Source: Octopus sinensis (taxonomy: Eukaryota). Taken from it: a stretch of 64,000 bases of DNA. The notes under the pieces were generated by a model, which was not told the DNA's origin, did no database searches, and saw nothing but the letters and a program-made list of their open reading frames with translations. The stretch lies in the NCBI RefSeq assembly GCF_006345805.1, contig NC_043012.1:34162001-34226000 (forward strand), in the 5' to 3' direction. Made by a program: the position numbers and the translations under genes. This document shows positions 63,365-64,000 of the stretch, piece by piece (within the stretch, counting starts at the first letter, position 1; every line of letters starts with the position of its first letter).

Positions 63365-64000
63365 TTAAAGTAAGCATTAACCCTTATTTTCCTAAATTTT
63401 CGTTGCTTCTTGCAACCTCTTCAGTAGTCGTTGACTCTTTTCGTAATTCCTTAAATACAAATAATTTAGAAGACAAAATTTGTCAGTTAAAGCAAGAACA
63501 GTCGAAAGAAAACGGTAAAGTCCGACAATCTGAATGTACAAAGTACAAGTCTTCAATTTTCAATTGATGCCAATTTTAAGACAATGTTATATATTTCGGT
63601 TAATTTACCAAAATAAGTAAATTCTGGAAATCGAACCGGTGAGTGTGTTAATGAGACATTAAAACAGGCCGACTCACCCCAGACACAAAATATTTATTGC
63701 AAGTTATCTTAGAAATAAAATTCTTTGAGGCCGCTTCTTCAAAGTTATCTCTCTTGACAATTCCTCTCGACGAGACACTGTCATGTTCACATACATGGCA
63801 CACATACACACACCTATAACATACAACAATCTCACACTATTCACACACTCAGCTACACTGTCAAACATACTGGTATGTACTTTTGTACTAATCGTCATGG
63901 ACAGACTCCTAGCATTATATACACGGTCAACGTTGATGCACTGATACATACATAAACACACATGAAGTGTATATTGTCAGCGTGATAAACAGTTGGAGTA

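Noticed and set aside
63704-63961. 85-aa minus-strand ORF
   Set aside because: No recognisable homology or convincing splice sites; partly (AC)-rich.

Overview
AT-rich animal genomic DNA, dense in repeats. The SINE, MITE and LINE content looks like an Octopus/coleoid genome (inferred, not verified). The only host gene I can support is the 5' part of CSTF3 (CstF-77 / suppressor of forked) on the minus strand. It has two confident exons, 15141-15242 and 10121-10216, whose lengths and phases match human exons 2 and 3 as I recall them, and a probable first coding exon at 36261-36440. I did not find exon 4, so intron 3 appears to run past position 1. The rest is compound (AT/AC)n microsatellite, three SINE families, decayed RTE, CR1/L2, Gypsy and mariner fragments, non-autonomous Helitrons, piggyBac-, hAT- and Merlin/MULE-like MITEs, and Penelope-type fragments with hammerhead-ribozyme cores. 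Most ORFs in the track are microsatellite or transposon artefacts. The best leads are: (1) a weak exon-3 donor plus a canonical intronic poly(A) site, suggesting the CstF-77 autoregulatory loop exists in this lineage; (2) a complete type I hammerhead fold between long inverted repeats; (3) a perfect 70-bp-arm palindrome carrying a hammerhead-like core; (4) a GG-ended MITE family with 8-bp target site duplications (TSDs), including a solo terminal inverted repeat (TIR) remnant upstream of the CSTF3 start codon. Repeat boundaries were read by eye and are approximate unless a TSD is given.
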